DNA from: an uncultured bacterium
GTDB taxonomy: Bacteria; Zixibacteria; MSB-5A5; UBA10806
DNA length: 64,000 bases
Assembly: GCA_965541585.1 (NCBI GenBank)
Contig: CBEUCH010000007.1
Coordinates: forward strand, 64,001 to 128,000
Reading direction: 5' to 3'
The notes beneath the pieces are model-generated. The model saw only the letters and a list, made by a program, of their open reading frames with translations. It was not told the DNA's origin and made no database searches. The translations under genes were made by a program, and so were the position numbers. Of the stretch, positions 19,178-30,902 are shown piece by piece (position 1 is the stretch's first letter; each line of letters begins with the position of its first letter).

Positions 19178-20781
19178 TCTACGATTGTGACATACTGGTG
19201 ATAGGTTCCGGGATAGGAGGCTTATATTTCGCGCTTGGCGCCGCCCGGTTCGGAAAGGTCGCCGTGGTTACGAAAAAGGCCAAGTGGGATGCCGCCACCA
19301 ATCTGGCCCAGGGGGGGATCGCCTCCGTGATGTCGACAAAAGACAGTTTCGAGAAACATATCGGCGATACGCTGAAGGTGGGGGCAGGCCTGTGCCATAA
19401 AAACATAGTCGAGAAAGTAGTAAGAGCCGGTCCCGACTCGATAAATGACCTCTATCAGATGGGAGTAGAATTCTCCAGGCTTTCAGGAAAGGATAGTTTC
19501 GATTTGGGCAGCGAAGGCGGACATTCTCAGAAGCGGGTGGTGCATGCGGCAGATTTCACCGGCCGGGCTATCGAACATGCTCTTGTGAGCGCCGCCAGGA
19601 ATCATGACAATATAGAAATATTCGAGCATCATTACGCCATCGACCTTATAACACCGCATCATATTTCACCCGATGCAGCGATAAAGGATACCCCGGTTTG
19701 CTACGGGGCCTATGTTCTCGATATTGAAAAGCGCCTGGTGGAGAGATTCCGGGCTAAAGTCACCATGCTGGCCAGCGGCGGCGGAGGCAGAATTTATCTT
19801 CACAATACCAATCCCGATATCGCCACGGCCGATGGTGTCGCCATGGCCTACCTGGCGGGCGCCAGAATTGGGAATCTGGAGTTCGTTCAATTCCATCCGA
19901 CCGCCTTATATCACTCCCATGCATCATCCTTTTTGATCTCCGAGGCTGTGAGAGGCGAGGGCGGGCGGCTCATATTGAAATCCGGCGAGCAATTCATGAA
20001 AAAATATCATGCTAAGGCCGAACTGGCTCCCCGGGATATCGTAGCCCGCGCCATCGATTCGGAGTTGAAGCGGACAGGGAATCACTGCGTATACCTGGAC
20101 GTTACTCATCTGGGCAGAGATTTCTTAAAGAAAAGATTCCCGACGATATATGAAAAGTGCGTTAGCCTCGGTATCGATATTGCGACCACGCCGATCCCGG
20201 TCGTGCCATCGGCTCACTATTTCTGCGGCGGTGTCGTGACCGATGAGTCAGGCAGAACAGATATCAAAAACCTGTATGCCTGCGGAGAGGTGGCCATGAC
20301 CGGCATGCACGGCGCCAACAGGCTGGCATCCAATTCCCTGTTAGAGGCGGTTGCATTCGCCAGTTTCGCCTGTGAAAACCTCGAGTCCGAATATCCCGCA
20401 ATACCGCCTCCGCCTGATATTCCGCCCTGGGACGAATCAGGCGTATTCGATTCCGAGGAGTGGGTTATCGTCTCGCACGACAGAAGTACAATTACCCGCC
20501 TGATGTGGGATTATGTGGGGATAGTGCGTTCCAACAACCGGCTCAAAAAAGCTGACGTTCGATGCCTAATTATGAGTAAGGACATAATCGATTTTTACCG
20601 CAAGAATCCGGTCCGCTCGGAAGTCATTGAACTTCGCAATATGGCCATAACGGCCGGGCTCTTGATAAAAAGCGCCAGGATGAGAAAGGAATCGAGGGGA
20701 CTGCACTATAACATAGATCACCCTGAAAAAGACGATGAGAATTTCTTGCACGATACGATATTAAAGCAGGAGGAGATTTGA
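19174..20781 (+). CDS. nadB: L-aspartate oxidase
   Basis: AQGGIA, EGGHS, QFHPT, SEAVRGEG, LAPRDIVARAI, HGANRLASNSLLE, ESRGLHY. Confidence 0.93.
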   Translation: MIYDCDILVIGSGIGGLYFALGAARFGKVAVVTKKAKWDAATNLAQGGIASVMSTKDSFEKHIGDTLKVGAGLCHKNIVEKVVRAGPDSINDLYQMGVEFSRLSGKDSFDLGSEGGHSQKRVVHAADFTGRAIEHALVSAARNHDNIEIFEHHYAIDLITPHHISPDAAIKDTPVCYGAYVLDIEKRLVERFRAKVTMLASGGGGRIYLHNTNPDIATADGVAMAYLAGARIGNLEFVQFHPTALYHSHASSFLISEAVRGEGGRLILKSGEQFMKKYHAKAELAPRDIVARAIDSELKRTGNHCVYLDVTHLGRDFLKKRFPTIYEKCVSLGIDIATTPIPVVPSAHYFCGGVVTDESGRTDIKNLYACGEVAMTGMHGANRLASNSLLEAVAFASFACENLESEYPAIPPPPDIPPWDESGVFDSEEWVIVSHDRSTITRLMWDYVGIVRSNNRLKKADVRCLIMSKDIIDFYRKNPVRSEVIELRNMAITAGLLIKSARMRKESRGLHYNIDHPEKDDENFLHDTILKQEEI

Positions 20782-22316
20782 GCGGCGCCGGAAAAATACT
20801 GATCGTCGACTATGGCTCGCAATATACCCAGCTTATCGCACGAAGAATAAGGGAATCAAAGGTATATTCGGAGATAGTCAGCTGTAATCACAGTCTCGAC
20901 CATTATGACTTTTCCGACGTTGCCGGCATCATCCTTTCAGGCGGGCCGTCATCGGTGTTCGATAAAGGTGCGCCTAAGCTCGATAAGCGGCTATTGTATG
21001 TGGGTCGGCCCGTGCTGGGGATTTGCTACGGGCTTATGCTGATGGCTATGAATATAGGCGGTGGAATCGGCATTTCCAGGCGACGGGAATACGGACGCGC
21101 CATGATGATCCGGACCGGCAGATCCGATCTTTTGAAGAAACTGCCCTCCAGATGCCAGGTCTGGATGAGCCATGGTGATCATGTCGAAAAACTTCCGCTG
21201 GGATTTAAGGGGATTGGATCTACCGAGGCCCTGGGATTTGCCGCCATAGCCAATCAGAAGCGCAGGCTGTACGGGGTGCAGTTTCACCCGGAGGTGGCGC
21301 ATTCCGAGTACGGCAAACAGATTCTGCATAATTTCCTTTTCGATATCTGCAAATGCAAGCCGACCTGGTCGCCTGCATCGTTTATCAATAGTTCTGTAAA
21401 CGAGATCAAGAAAACGGTTGGCCCGGGAAAAGTGATCTGCGCCCTGTCCGGCGGCGTAGATTCGGCGGTGGTGGCGATGCTGTTGAATAAGGCTGTCGGC
21501 AAGCGGGCGGTATCGGTTTTTATCGATAACGGGCTGTTGCGCCTGAACGAAGCCGAACAGGTGAAGGCCGCCTTCAAGAAATTCGGGCTGAATCTCAAGA
21601 CGGTGGACGCCTCGGCGATGTTTCTCAGGCGGCTGAAAGGTGTAGCCGATCCGGAGATGAAACGCAAAAAAATCGGCCGGGCCTTTATCGAGGTTTTCAC
21701 GAAGGAAGCGGCGAGGATCGGCAAGGTCGATTTCCTGGCGCAGGGGACATTGTATCCCGATCTGATCGAATCGGTCTCCTTCAAAGGGCCGTCGGCGACA
21801 ATAAAGACGCATCATAACGTCGGCGGGCTGCCGAGGCGGATGCGACTGAGGCTGATCGAACCGTTAAGAGAGCTTTTCAAAGACGAGGTCCGGGCAGTTG
21901 GCCGAAGGCTCGGCCTGCCGAAAGATTTCATAGGTCGTCACCCGTTCCCCGGGCCGGGGCTGGCGGTGCGGATCCTTGGGGCCGTAACGCCGGAACGATT
22001 GACGATACTGCGCGAAGCCGACTATATATTCATCTCTGAGCTCCGCAAATGGAAGCTGTATGATGATACCTGGCAGGCGCTGGCCGTGCTTTTGCCGGTC
22101 CGGTCGGTGGGTGTCATGGGGGATGAGCGCACCTACGAGAACGTCGTCGCGCTGCGCGCCGTGACCTCCCTGGATGCCATGACCGCCGACTGGGCTCACC
22201 TGCCCGACGATTTCCTCTCCCATGTCTCCAACCGCATCATAAGAGAGGTCAAGGGGATAAACCGAGTGGTCTATGACGTCTCCTCCAAACCCCCCGCGAC
22301 GATTGAGTGGGAGTGA
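20778..22316 (+). CDS. guaA: GMP synthase (glutamine-hydrolysing)
   Basis: GSQYTQLIARR, GICYG, QFHPEV, SGGVDS, HPFPGPGL, KPPATIEWE. Confidence 0.97.
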   Translation: MSGAGKILIVDYGSQYTQLIARRIRESKVYSEIVSCNHSLDHYDFSDVAGIILSGGPSSVFDKGAPKLDKRLLYVGRPVLGICYGLMLMAMNIGGGIGISRRREYGRAMMIRTGRSDLLKKLPSRCQVWMSHGDHVEKLPLGFKGIGSTEALGFAAIANQKRRLYGVQFHPEVAHSEYGKQILHNFLFDICKCKPTWSPASFINSSVNEIKKTVGPGKVICALSGGVDSAVVAMLLNKAVGKRAVSVFIDNGLLRLNEAEQVKAAFKKFGLNLKTVDASAMFLRRLKGVADPEMKRKKIGRAFIEVFTKEAARIGKVDFLAQGTLYPDLIESVSFKGPSATIKTHHNVGGLPRRMRLRLIEPLRELFKDEVRAVGRRLGLPKDFIGRHPFPGPGLAVRILGAVTPERLTILREADYIFISELRKWKLYDDTWQALAVLLPVRSVGVMGDERTYENVVALRAVTSLDAMTADWAHLPDDFLSHVSNRIIREVKGINRVVYDVSSKPPATIEWE

Positions 22317-22329
22317 AGGAAGAGAAGAA

Positions 22330-23391
22330 ATGAATAATCTGAAAATAGTCTTGATTAAAGATGAAACGATTCTTGATGTATCAGCAAGTAAATATCAAAC
22401 AGAGAACTACAGCGGAGAGGGGATTGTTTTAGACATTAGATCTCGCGATGGATATAGAGAAACTGTTGGATGTGTTATTTCATCAATATTGGCAGCAATC
22501 GAAGGAAAAAACCTGTCTGGCAAATCGAGCAGGTTAACAGAATATGAGAAAGTTGTCTTGTCGGTTCGAGCTTATTGTAATCGAAATTTCCACCCAGATG
22601 ACAAAAATGAGATCCTAATTATCACGGATAACTACAATAATCTTATAAATAGAAAAGGCGATATTTCTAAGGTCAAAGACGAAATAAGAAGAAAATTGTT
22701 TGTATTCTTCAACAGTAGGGCAAGAGAATATATCAATGGTCTGAGCCTTTATTGTTCTATGTATTATGATATTTCCATTATAAGGGACTCATTGTCATTA
22801 TTAAAGGAAATAGGGGATATTAAACCTATGAATCGGGCAGGCACTTGGGATGCTTACAGTATTGATCACTGGCATGAGCAATATAGGCTTATGCCTGAAA
22901 TCTATAAAGAGATGGAGACAGAAATTCATCAAAAACAGTCTATAATATTGAATAATAATAATTCATCGGCTACCAAGATCGAGAAATTTGATTTTTTCAT
23001 ATGCCATGCTAGCGAAGATAAAGATCTATATGTAAGGGAATTAGCCAATAAGCTTAAAGATGAGCCATTTGATATTTGGTATGATGAGTTTTCGCTTTCT
23101 TGGGGCGATAGTCTAAGGCAAAGTATAGAAAAAGGATTAAAAGAATCAAAGCATGGAATAGTCGTATTAAGTGATAATTTTTTCGCAAAAGATTGGCCTC
23201 AGAGGGAATTAGACGGTCTTTTTGAGCTGGAAAGTCAGAATAAAAAAATACTACCGATTTGGCTTAGGATAGACAGAGATGGTATCGCGAAGTATTCACC
23301 AATACTTGCTGGCCGTCTGGCATTAAAGGCCAAAGATGGGTTTGATAAGATAATTAATGAAGCCAAAAAGCTACTCGGAAGAAATCAATAG
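22330..23391 (+). CDS. TIR domain-containing protein (putative NADase/defence)
   Basis: C-terminal FDFFICHASEDK...WYDEF...GDSLRQSIEKGL...WPQRELDGL; AT-rich; ATG 22330 chosen. Confidence 0.85.
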   Translation: MNNLKIVLIKDETILDVSASKYQTENYSGEGIVLDIRSRDGYRETVGCVISSILAAIEGKNLSGKSSRLTEYEKVVLSVRAYCNRNFHPDDKNEILIITDNYNNLINRKGDISKVKDEIRRKLFVFFNSRAREYINGLSLYCSMYYDISIIRDSLSLLKEIGDIKPMNRAGTWDAYSIDHWHEQYRLMPEIYKEMETEIHQKQSIILNNNNSSATKIEKFDFFICHASEDKDLYVRELANKLKDEPFDIWYDEFSLSWGDSLRQSIEKGLKESKHGIVVLSDNFFAKDWPQRELDGLFELESQNKKILPIWLRIDRDGIAKYSPILAGRLALKAKDGFDKIINEAKKLLGRNQ

Positions 23392-23393
23392 CC

Positions 23394-23476
23394 GTAGGTC
23401 AGGAGCCCAACGGGCTCCTGACGAATGAATGAAAATGCTGTATGAAAACGTCAGGAGCTTTCAGCTTCTGACCTGC
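23394..23476. repeat. Inverted pair of GTAG-type REP palindromes (REPIN-like)
   Basis: GTAG-GTCAGGAGCCC-aac-GGGCTCCTGAC (23394-23422) and inverted GTCAGGAGCT..AGCTTCTGAC-CTGC (to 23476). Confidence 0.75.
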
Positions 23477-23487
23477 CACCAAAGTAT

Positions 23488-23727
23488 ATGAAAGAAAAAA
23501 TTGGTCAAGCTTTATTCGCCATTGTGGCAATCATCCAGACTATTCTGCACTATCTCGGGTTATTGGGTATTATATTGGGCATTATAGCTTTGATATTTAA
23601 AAACACGGGACGGGGAATCGAACTTTTAATTGGCGGAGCTTCTTTTATAGTAATGAAATATCTTATTGGAATTATTTTTCATTTAGTTATTCGTATATTT
23701 AAATTATCTAATGAAAGAGAGCAGTAG
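23488..23727 (+). CDS. Small hypothetical membrane protein
   Basis: 79 aa, two hydrophobic helices, AT-rich, between two repeats; its TAG lies in the GTAG of the next repeat. Confidence 0.6.
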   Translation: MKEKIGQALFAIVAIIQTILHYLGLLGIILGIIALIFKNTGRGIELLIGGASFIVMKYLIGIIFHLVIRIFKLSNEREQ

Positions 23728-23815
23728 GTCGGATTAACTGCGCTGTCAGGAACCTCATACGAGCCGTATGGCCTTTCCTGACAGGCAGCGTAATCGTCGG
23801 GAAGGGATTCCCGAC
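23724..23815. repeat. Composite nested GTAG-type palindrome
   Basis: GTAGGTCGGATTA..CTGC.CTGTCAGGAA..CATACG-agc-CGTATG..TTCCTGACAG.GCAG..TAATC, then GTCGGGAA..TTCCCGAC. Confidence 0.7.
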
Positions 23816-23916
23816 GCCGCTGGGAAAACTTGCTATAACTCTGAATAAAGCCTCAGCGGACAAAATATCTTGACATCGCAAGCGTCACTTATTCATTAGA
23901 CCACGAGGAGTCGATA

Positions 23917-24099
23917 TTGCTGAGAATAGTCTTAATAATACTGGCCGCACTAATTCTGTACAGACTATTATCATCCCTGTTCAGACTTACGGCGAGGAAA
24001 CCTCCGCGGGAAATGCCGAAGAGAAAGCGGCCGGGAAAAGAGGTCGGCGAGGGCTGGATCGTGGATGAGAAAACTGACGAGGAGGCGAAGGACGAGTAG
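23917..24099 (+). CDS. Small single-TM protein
   Basis: GAGGAG SD, N-terminal TM helix, charged tail. Confidence 0.55.
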   Translation: MLRIVLIILAALILYRLLSSLFRLTARKPPREMPKRKRPGKEVGEGWIVDEKTDEEAKDE

Positions 24100-24132
24100 G
24101 TCAAAATCACCGTGGTTTTGACATCCCGGCTC

Positions 24133-24888
24133 ATGTTGAGTTTTTCAGATAAGATCGTATTAATAACCGGCGGGTCGCGAGGTATCGGCGCGGCCACTGC
24201 CAGGTTATTCGCCGAACTGGGTGCCGATGTTGCAATCAACTATTATGCGAATAAGCCGGAGGCCGAAAAGGTCAAAGCGGACATTGATAAAATGGGGCGG
24301 AAATGCCTGATCGTGGAAGCCGACGTCGGCAAAAGGGCTGATTGCGAGAACCTGGTCAAAGCCACTATCGCTAAATTCGGCAGACTCGATATCCTCGTAA
24401 ACAATGCCGGTATCTGGACCGAGGCCGCCATCGAGGATATGACCGATGAGATCCTCGACCGCACCATAGATGTCAATCTCAAGGGCTGTTTCTACACCAC
24501 CTCGGCGGCTGTTCCTTATATGAAAAAGCAGAAATCCGGCAATATAATCTTTGTTTCCTCCACCGCCGCCCAGCGTGGCGAGGCCCGGCACTCTCATTAT
24601 GCGGCAACCAAAGGCGCCCTGATATCGCTGACAAAATCGCTCTGCCCGGAACTGGCTACCTGTGGAATAAGAGTCAACTGCGTGGCCCCCGGATGGGTTG
24701 ATACCGATATGAGTCATGATGCGCTAACCGGTTCCGACGGCCCCCAATATGTCTCGCTCATACCATTGGCCCGCGGAGCTGCAGCTGAGGAGCTTGCAGG
24801 GCCTATCGTTTTTCTGGCATCCGATTGGGCAAGCTTCATTACCGGCGAGGTTCTCAATGTCAATGGCGGCGCGGTACTTGCGGGATAG
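24133..24888 (+). CDS. SDR family oxidoreductase (FabG-like)
   Basis: TGGSRGIG, NNAG, YAATK, VAPGWVDT. Confidence 0.88.
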   Translation: MLSFSDKIVLITGGSRGIGAATARLFAELGADVAINYYANKPEAEKVKADIDKMGRKCLIVEADVGKRADCENLVKATIAKFGRLDILVNNAGIWTEAAIEDMTDEILDRTIDVNLKGCFYTTSAAVPYMKKQKSGNIIFVSSTAAQRGEARHSHYAATKGALISLTKSLCPELATCGIRVNCVAPGWVDTDMSHDALTGSDGPQYVSLIPLARGAAAEELAGPIVFLASDWASFITGEVLNVNGGAVLAG

Positions 24889-25002
24889 CTATAGGCCGAT
24901 ATGTTCGCCGACCACCTTTTTGAACCTTTATAGTTGACATCCAATATCGCAAAAGATATTATGGCGGATACGGATAATTGTAACGTGGGAAATTAGTTTT
25001 TT

Positions 25003-25977
25003 GTGGACGTTCTAATGGATTTTTCCAGCGTATTCGCCCCGATCTCCAACCAGTTAAAGGAATTCGAGTCGGAATTAAAGAGAGCTCTTGAAACGGATTC
25101 TCCTATAATTGGTCGCATAACAGACCATCTTTATGGCTCGTCCGGAAAACGTTTGCGCCCGGCGCTTTTGTTTCTCGCCTCGGGAGAGAAGAACCAATCA
25201 TCCCTTTACGCAGCCCTCGCGATCGAGTTGATTCATACTGCTACTTTGCTTCATGATGACGTGATAGACGAATCCATCACGAGGCGAAGCATCGAAACCG
25301 TCAACCATAAATGGAACAATCTTGTTTCGGTATTGATGGGGGATTACTTCTTTGCCAAAGCGTTCGGTATGCTGGTGAAATCCGACTCTCCCGGGCTTAT
25401 GGAGACATTTGCCGAGGCTACGGAACGAGTCTCCATCGGGGAACTCACCCAGGAGTCTTATACCGGCAATTTCGATATCGCCGAAGAGACATACTTAAGC
25501 ATAATAGGCGATAAGACAGCGTCGCTATTCGCCTGCTCGGCGGAGGCCGGCGCCATCTGTTCCGGGCAAAACGGTGATTTACGACGGGAATTGAGAAGCT
25601 ACGGCGAGAATATCGGGCTGGCATTCCAGATTACCGATGATATTCTCGATTTGATAGGCGAAACCAAGAAAACCGGTAAATCGCTGGGATCGGATATACG
25701 CGAGGGCTGGGTTACTCTGCCACTGATAAAGGCTCTGAAAAATGATAATGGGAATTCCCGTGAGAGATTCAAAAAGATCCTGGGCGCTGATGTCGGCCAG
25801 GCGGACATCGCCGAGGTGGTGAATTTCGTAAGGGAAAATGGCGGAATTGAATATGCGGAACAAAAGGCAAGACATTACGTTGAAAGGGCGGTGGATATTC
25901 TCGGCGGCCTTGATGGCCTGCCAATGAAACCGGCGCTGGAGGATCTTGCCACTCTGGCCGCCATAAGGGATAGATAG
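25003..25977 (+). CDS. Polyprenyl diphosphate synthase
   Basis: GKRLRP, HDDVID and FQITDDILD aspartate-rich motifs (start may be ATG 25015). Confidence 0.9.
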   Translation: MDVLMDFSSVFAPISNQLKEFESELKRALETDSPIIGRITDHLYGSSGKRLRPALLFLASGEKNQSSLYAALAIELIHTATLLHDDVIDESITRRSIETVNHKWNNLVSVLMGDYFFAKAFGMLVKSDSPGLMETFAEATERVSIGELTQESYTGNFDIAEETYLSIIGDKTASLFACSAEAGAICSGQNGDLRRELRSYGENIGLAFQITDDILDLIGETKKTGKSLGSDIREGWVTLPLIKALKNDNGNSRERFKKILGADVGQADIAEVVNFVRENGGIEYAEQKARHYVERAVDILGGLDGLPMKPALEDLATLAAIRDR

Positions 25978-26004
25978 ACTTTAGACGTTGACGGGTAAGT
26001 CCTG

Positions 26005-26037
26005 GCCACTCTGTTCGATAGTATGAGTGGCTTTTTT
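26005..26037 (+). terminator. Possible intrinsic terminator
   Basis: GCCACTC/GAGTGGC stem followed by T6. Confidence 0.5.
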
Positions 26038-26061
26038 GTCGGATAAAGGTCGGTAACTTTT

Positions 26062-28206
26062 ATGGAAATAGCAGTATTATCAAGTCATTGGTTCTGGTAT
26101 TCGATTTTTACATTAGCAGGGATCATAGTCGGTGTAGCATCATATCACAGAAGTTTTCCTCCATTGAGCCGGTTCTGGAGGATTTTTCTGGCCATCCTCA
26201 GGGGAGCCATGATTCTTCTTCTGGGGCTTTTCTTGATTGAACCTGTCCTGAATCTCTATTCGTCGAAACTGGTGCAACCCGTGCTGGCGGTTCTGGTGGA
26301 CCATTCCAGGAGTATGGGCGTTACTCTTGAAGATGGATCAAGAATCGATCTGGCCGATAGTCTCAGTCGACAGATGCTGTCGGATCTTGAAAGCGACTAT
26401 AAGCTCTTTTCGTTTTCGGACAGCATGTTTCAAATAGAGGATTTTCCGCCGACCTCAGATCTCCGCGGCGATGCCACATCGATCGTGCGCGCATTTCAGG
26501 ATCTCGGCTCCAGGAAGGATTTCGACAGGTTCGGCGCGATTCTTCTGGCAACGGATGGCCGACAGAATCTCGGAGGCGACCCGGTTAAAGCTGCAATGAG
26601 ACTTAATATTCCGGTCCATACCCTGACAGTCGGGGAGAAAATCGGAGAATCCAATCTCGCGGTTGACGAGGTAATATCGCCTTCGGTTGTCTATAGCGGC
26701 GATGATTTCAGAATAGAAACACGCATAGGCGCCGAGGGGATCGAGGCTCAAAGATCAAGGGTCTATCTTAAGATCGGTAATAAGGTAATTACCGAAAGGC
26801 CTTTCGATATACCTCGTGAAGGGCGCAAGACGAAAATCGAGTTTGATATAAAAGCACCGGAGCCGAGCGATTATGAGTATGCTATTTCAACCCCCGTATT
26901 GGATCGGGAAGGAGAAAGTGCAGACAATGAGAGAATTTTCGCCGTCAAGGTGCTGAAGAATAAAATCAGAATATTTCTCGGGTCGGCATCTTTGGACTGG
27001 GAATATAAATTTATCAACCGATCGCTATCAAGATTCGAGGAATTCGAGGTGGATGAGGTTTTTCCGGAAAGCAGCGGTAAATTTTCATCGCCCGGTGTTC
27101 CCAGAAGTTTAGAAGATCTCAAAAAATACGATCTGATATTGCTTGTTAACAGCTCGCCCGGGAAGCTGAGGATGATCGTATCCGATTTGAAAAAGTACGT
27201 AGAGGACGGCGGTTCGCTCATATATATGGCAGGCGCAGGTTGTCTTTCGGATATAGGCTCCTTTGACGATTTACTTCCGTTAGATCTGCGGAAACCTGAA
27301 ATAACGGATGGCGAATTTTTCTTCGAGACCACACCAACTCGAAAGCATCATGCTGCGATCCTGCTTGACGATGATCCGGAAACGAGCCGCAGGCTGTGGA
27401 ATTCGCTGCCACCGTTTGGCCGTCTTATCTCGGGTATTCGCCCGACCGGCGATCTGCTACTCGAAGCCAGACTCAGCCAGCGGGGCGATCCCGCGATCCC
27501 GGTGCTGACAGTGGGTAAGTACGGTCATGGCCTGGTGGCTGCGGTTACCGGATTCCCGATCTGGCGCAGCCATTTCGGGTCGGCAAAGGACGATAGACTT
27601 GCAAAGGCAATTCCAGGATTCTGGAAAAACCTCGCCAGATGGGCGACCGCCGGCGAGCGATCCGAAAACTTCCGGATAATGACTAACCGCAAGGTGTATC
27701 GTCTCGGCGAACCGGTGCCTATGACCGGATACCTGTACGACGAGGCCAACCGCGCAAGAAACGGTGCCCTGGTCCTGGTTTCAATCATCCCTGAGGGTGA
27801 CGATGCCCCGATCAAGGACGCCGTTTTGACCCAATCAGGCAGCGGCATCTACACCGGAGAGATATCATCGCTTCCAGCGGGAAACTATGTTTTCAATGCC
27901 GTGGCATCATCCTACGGAGATACAGTAGGTTCGACGTCGGGGGAATTCACGATAGAGAAATCCAGCCTGGAGATGGCGTCACGTTCTCCCGATTACAACC
28001 TGACCCGCAGGATCGCGGAAGCGACGGGAGCAATCGCATATACAAAAGACGATTTCGAAAAGTTCTCCGGCGATCTGCAATTGACCCCCTATACCGAAGA
28101 GACTCACGCCCGGATAAGGCCGTTCGGCATGCCGCTGTTTTTGATTATTCTCTTGGCCGGCCTGACAATCGAGTGGGGTTTGAGGAAGAGATTCAGGCTG
28201 CCGTAG
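26062..28206 (+). CDS. Membrane protein with vWA-like and GATase-like domains
   Basis: N-terminal TMs, DHSRSM MIDAS-like motif, TDG, C-terminal TM with EWGLRKR. Confidence 0.65.
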   Translation: MEIAVLSSHWFWYSIFTLAGIIVGVASYHRSFPPLSRFWRIFLAILRGAMILLLGLFLIEPVLNLYSSKLVQPVLAVLVDHSRSMGVTLEDGSRIDLADSLSRQMLSDLESDYKLFSFSDSMFQIEDFPPTSDLRGDATSIVRAFQDLGSRKDFDRFGAILLATDGRQNLGGDPVKAAMRLNIPVHTLTVGEKIGESNLAVDEVISPSVVYSGDDFRIETRIGAEGIEAQRSRVYLKIGNKVITERPFDIPREGRKTKIEFDIKAPEPSDYEYAISTPVLDREGESADNERIFAVKVLKNKIRIFLGSASLDWEYKFINRSLSRFEEFEVDEVFPESSGKFSSPGVPRSLEDLKKYDLILLVNSSPGKLRMIVSDLKKYVEDGGSLIYMAGAGCLSDIGSFDDLLPLDLRKPEITDGEFFFETTPTRKHHAAILLDDDPETSRRLWNSLPPFGRLISGIRPTGDLLLEARLSQRGDPAIPVLTVGKYGHGLVAAVTGFPIWRSHFGSAKDDRLAKAIPGFWKNLARWATAGERSENFRIMTNRKVYRLGEPVPMTGYLYDEANRARNGALVLVSIIPEGDDAPIKDAVLTQSGSGIYTGEISSLPAGNYVFNAVASSYGDTVGSTSGEFTIEKSSLEMASRSPDYNLTRRIAEATGAIAYTKDDFEKFSGDLQLTPYTEETHARIRPFGMPLFLIILLAGLTIEWGLRKRFRLP

Positions 28207-28215
28207 CTTGGATTT

Positions 28216-28250
28216 GTAGGTCGGGTTCAGAGCGAAGCGAGAAACCCGAC
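28216..28250. repeat. GTAG-type REP palindrome
   Basis: GTAG-GTCGGGTT..GAGCGAAGCGAG..AACCCGAC; closely related copy at 31016-31067. Confidence 0.75.
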
Positions 28251-28337
28251 AGGACGGTTGCCGAAACGGAAAGACAGTCTGAAAACCTCCCGGAGAAGTT
28301 CCCGACGGCATATAGATCTAATCCAAAAAAAGATTGA

Positions 28338-29696
<1,359 letters not shown>

Positions 29697-29701
29697 GTGA
29701 T

Positions 29702-30079
29702 ATGGCCAGGTATCCGAAAGTATCAAAAAAGTTCAAAAGCCGCCTGAAGAAATCGAAAATCAGGTCGCGACTCTTGATGTTCGGGATTATAACGGCCGCA
29801 GTATTTGTTATCCTCTCATTTTTCTGGGGTGAGTTCGGCTTTTTTAGAATATGGATTCTTTCAAAAAGGATTGAGAGGCTGGAAAGGGAGATAGCAACTT
29901 TACAGGTCGAACAGCAGGATCTGCTCTGGGAAATGGATAAGATGAAAAACGATCCCGACTATATTAAGCGCTACGCTGTTGAAGAGTATGGTTATGCCCG
30001 GCCTTACCAGAATGTTATACAGTTCGTACCGGTCGATTCGACAGACACCGACGCCCCCGGGAAATCTCCCGATAAGTGA
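29702..30079 (+). CDS. ftsB: Septum formation initiator (FtsB/DivIC)
   Basis: TM helix plus coiled coil, YIKRYAVEEYGY; follows eno. Confidence 0.75.
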   Translation: MARYPKVSKKFKSRLKKSKIRSRLLMFGIITAAVFVILSFFWGEFGFFRIWILSKRIERLEREIATLQVEQQDLLWEMDKMKNDPDYIKRYAVEEYGYARPYQNVIQFVPVDSTDTDAPGKSPDK

Positions 30080-30091
30080 TCCTCGATCTCG

Positions 30092-30856
30092 ATGAGCCGT
30101 TTCAAAATCGAAGCCTTTGTTATTCGCACCACCCGGATGGCGGAATCGTCACGGGTCGTAACACTGTATTCCCGGGAGGTCGGAAAGGTCAAGGCGGTGG
30201 CCAAAGGAGTCGGCAGGCCGAAATCGAAGATGTCCGGCTCAATCGGGCTGTTCAATCTCATCGAGGGCGTGTTGTATAAAAAGGAAACCAGCGATCTGGG
30301 GACCTTAGGTTCGGCATCGGTTCTGCAAGATTTCAAGGAGATTGCGGCCGATCCGCGCAAATTCGGCTTTGCATCGGCCTGGTGTGAGATTCTCGATAAA
30401 ACATCTCATGCCGAGGAGTCGCAGCCGAAAACCTTCACGCTGACGCTTGACTATCTCGAAACGTTGAATCAATCGAATCCCGAAGCATGCGGCCTGCTCT
30501 TCTGGAGCGGCGTTGTCAAGCTCCTGGAAATCGAAGGATACGCGCCCCGGCTGGATAAATGCGTATCATGCCGCATGGATAAAGTCAGTGGAAGACTCAT
30601 GGTATCTTTGAGTCGCGGCGGGCTGGTCTGTGCTAAATGCGCGGACGCGGATGAACTCATAATCGATCTATCTGATAATGTCCTTGCCCTGTTAAGGCGG
30701 ATGGAATCAGAACCGCTCTCGAAAATATCTCAAATGTCCCATGATAAGAGAACAGGAAAAAAGGCGGCGGAGGTGATCATGGCATTCGCAACCTATCATC
30801 TTGGCTTGCCACGCAACCTGAAATCGTTTAAATTCCTCGAAAGCCTTGGCGACTGA
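30092..30856 (+). CDS. recO: DNA repair protein RecO
   Basis: N-terminal OB fold (GKVKAVAKG), GYAP + CxxC/CxxC zinc site. Confidence 0.9.
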   Translation: MSRFKIEAFVIRTTRMAESSRVVTLYSREVGKVKAVAKGVGRPKSKMSGSIGLFNLIEGVLYKKETSDLGTLGSASVLQDFKEIAADPRKFGFASAWCEILDKTSHAEESQPKTFTLTLDYLETLNQSNPEACGLLFWSGVVKLLEIEGYAPRLDKCVSCRMDKVSGRLMVSLSRGGLVCAKCADADELIIDLSDNVLALLRRMESEPLSKISQMSHDKRTGKKAAEVIMAFATYHLGLPRNLKSFKFLESLGD

Positions 30857-30902
30857 TTTCGGCAGGCAATGCTGATGATGCGAGACAATTCGAAAAATAT
30901 TC

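Noticed and set aside
22317..23820. Prophage or integrative element at guaA
   Set aside because: No integrase, phage genes or duplicated guaA 3' end seen
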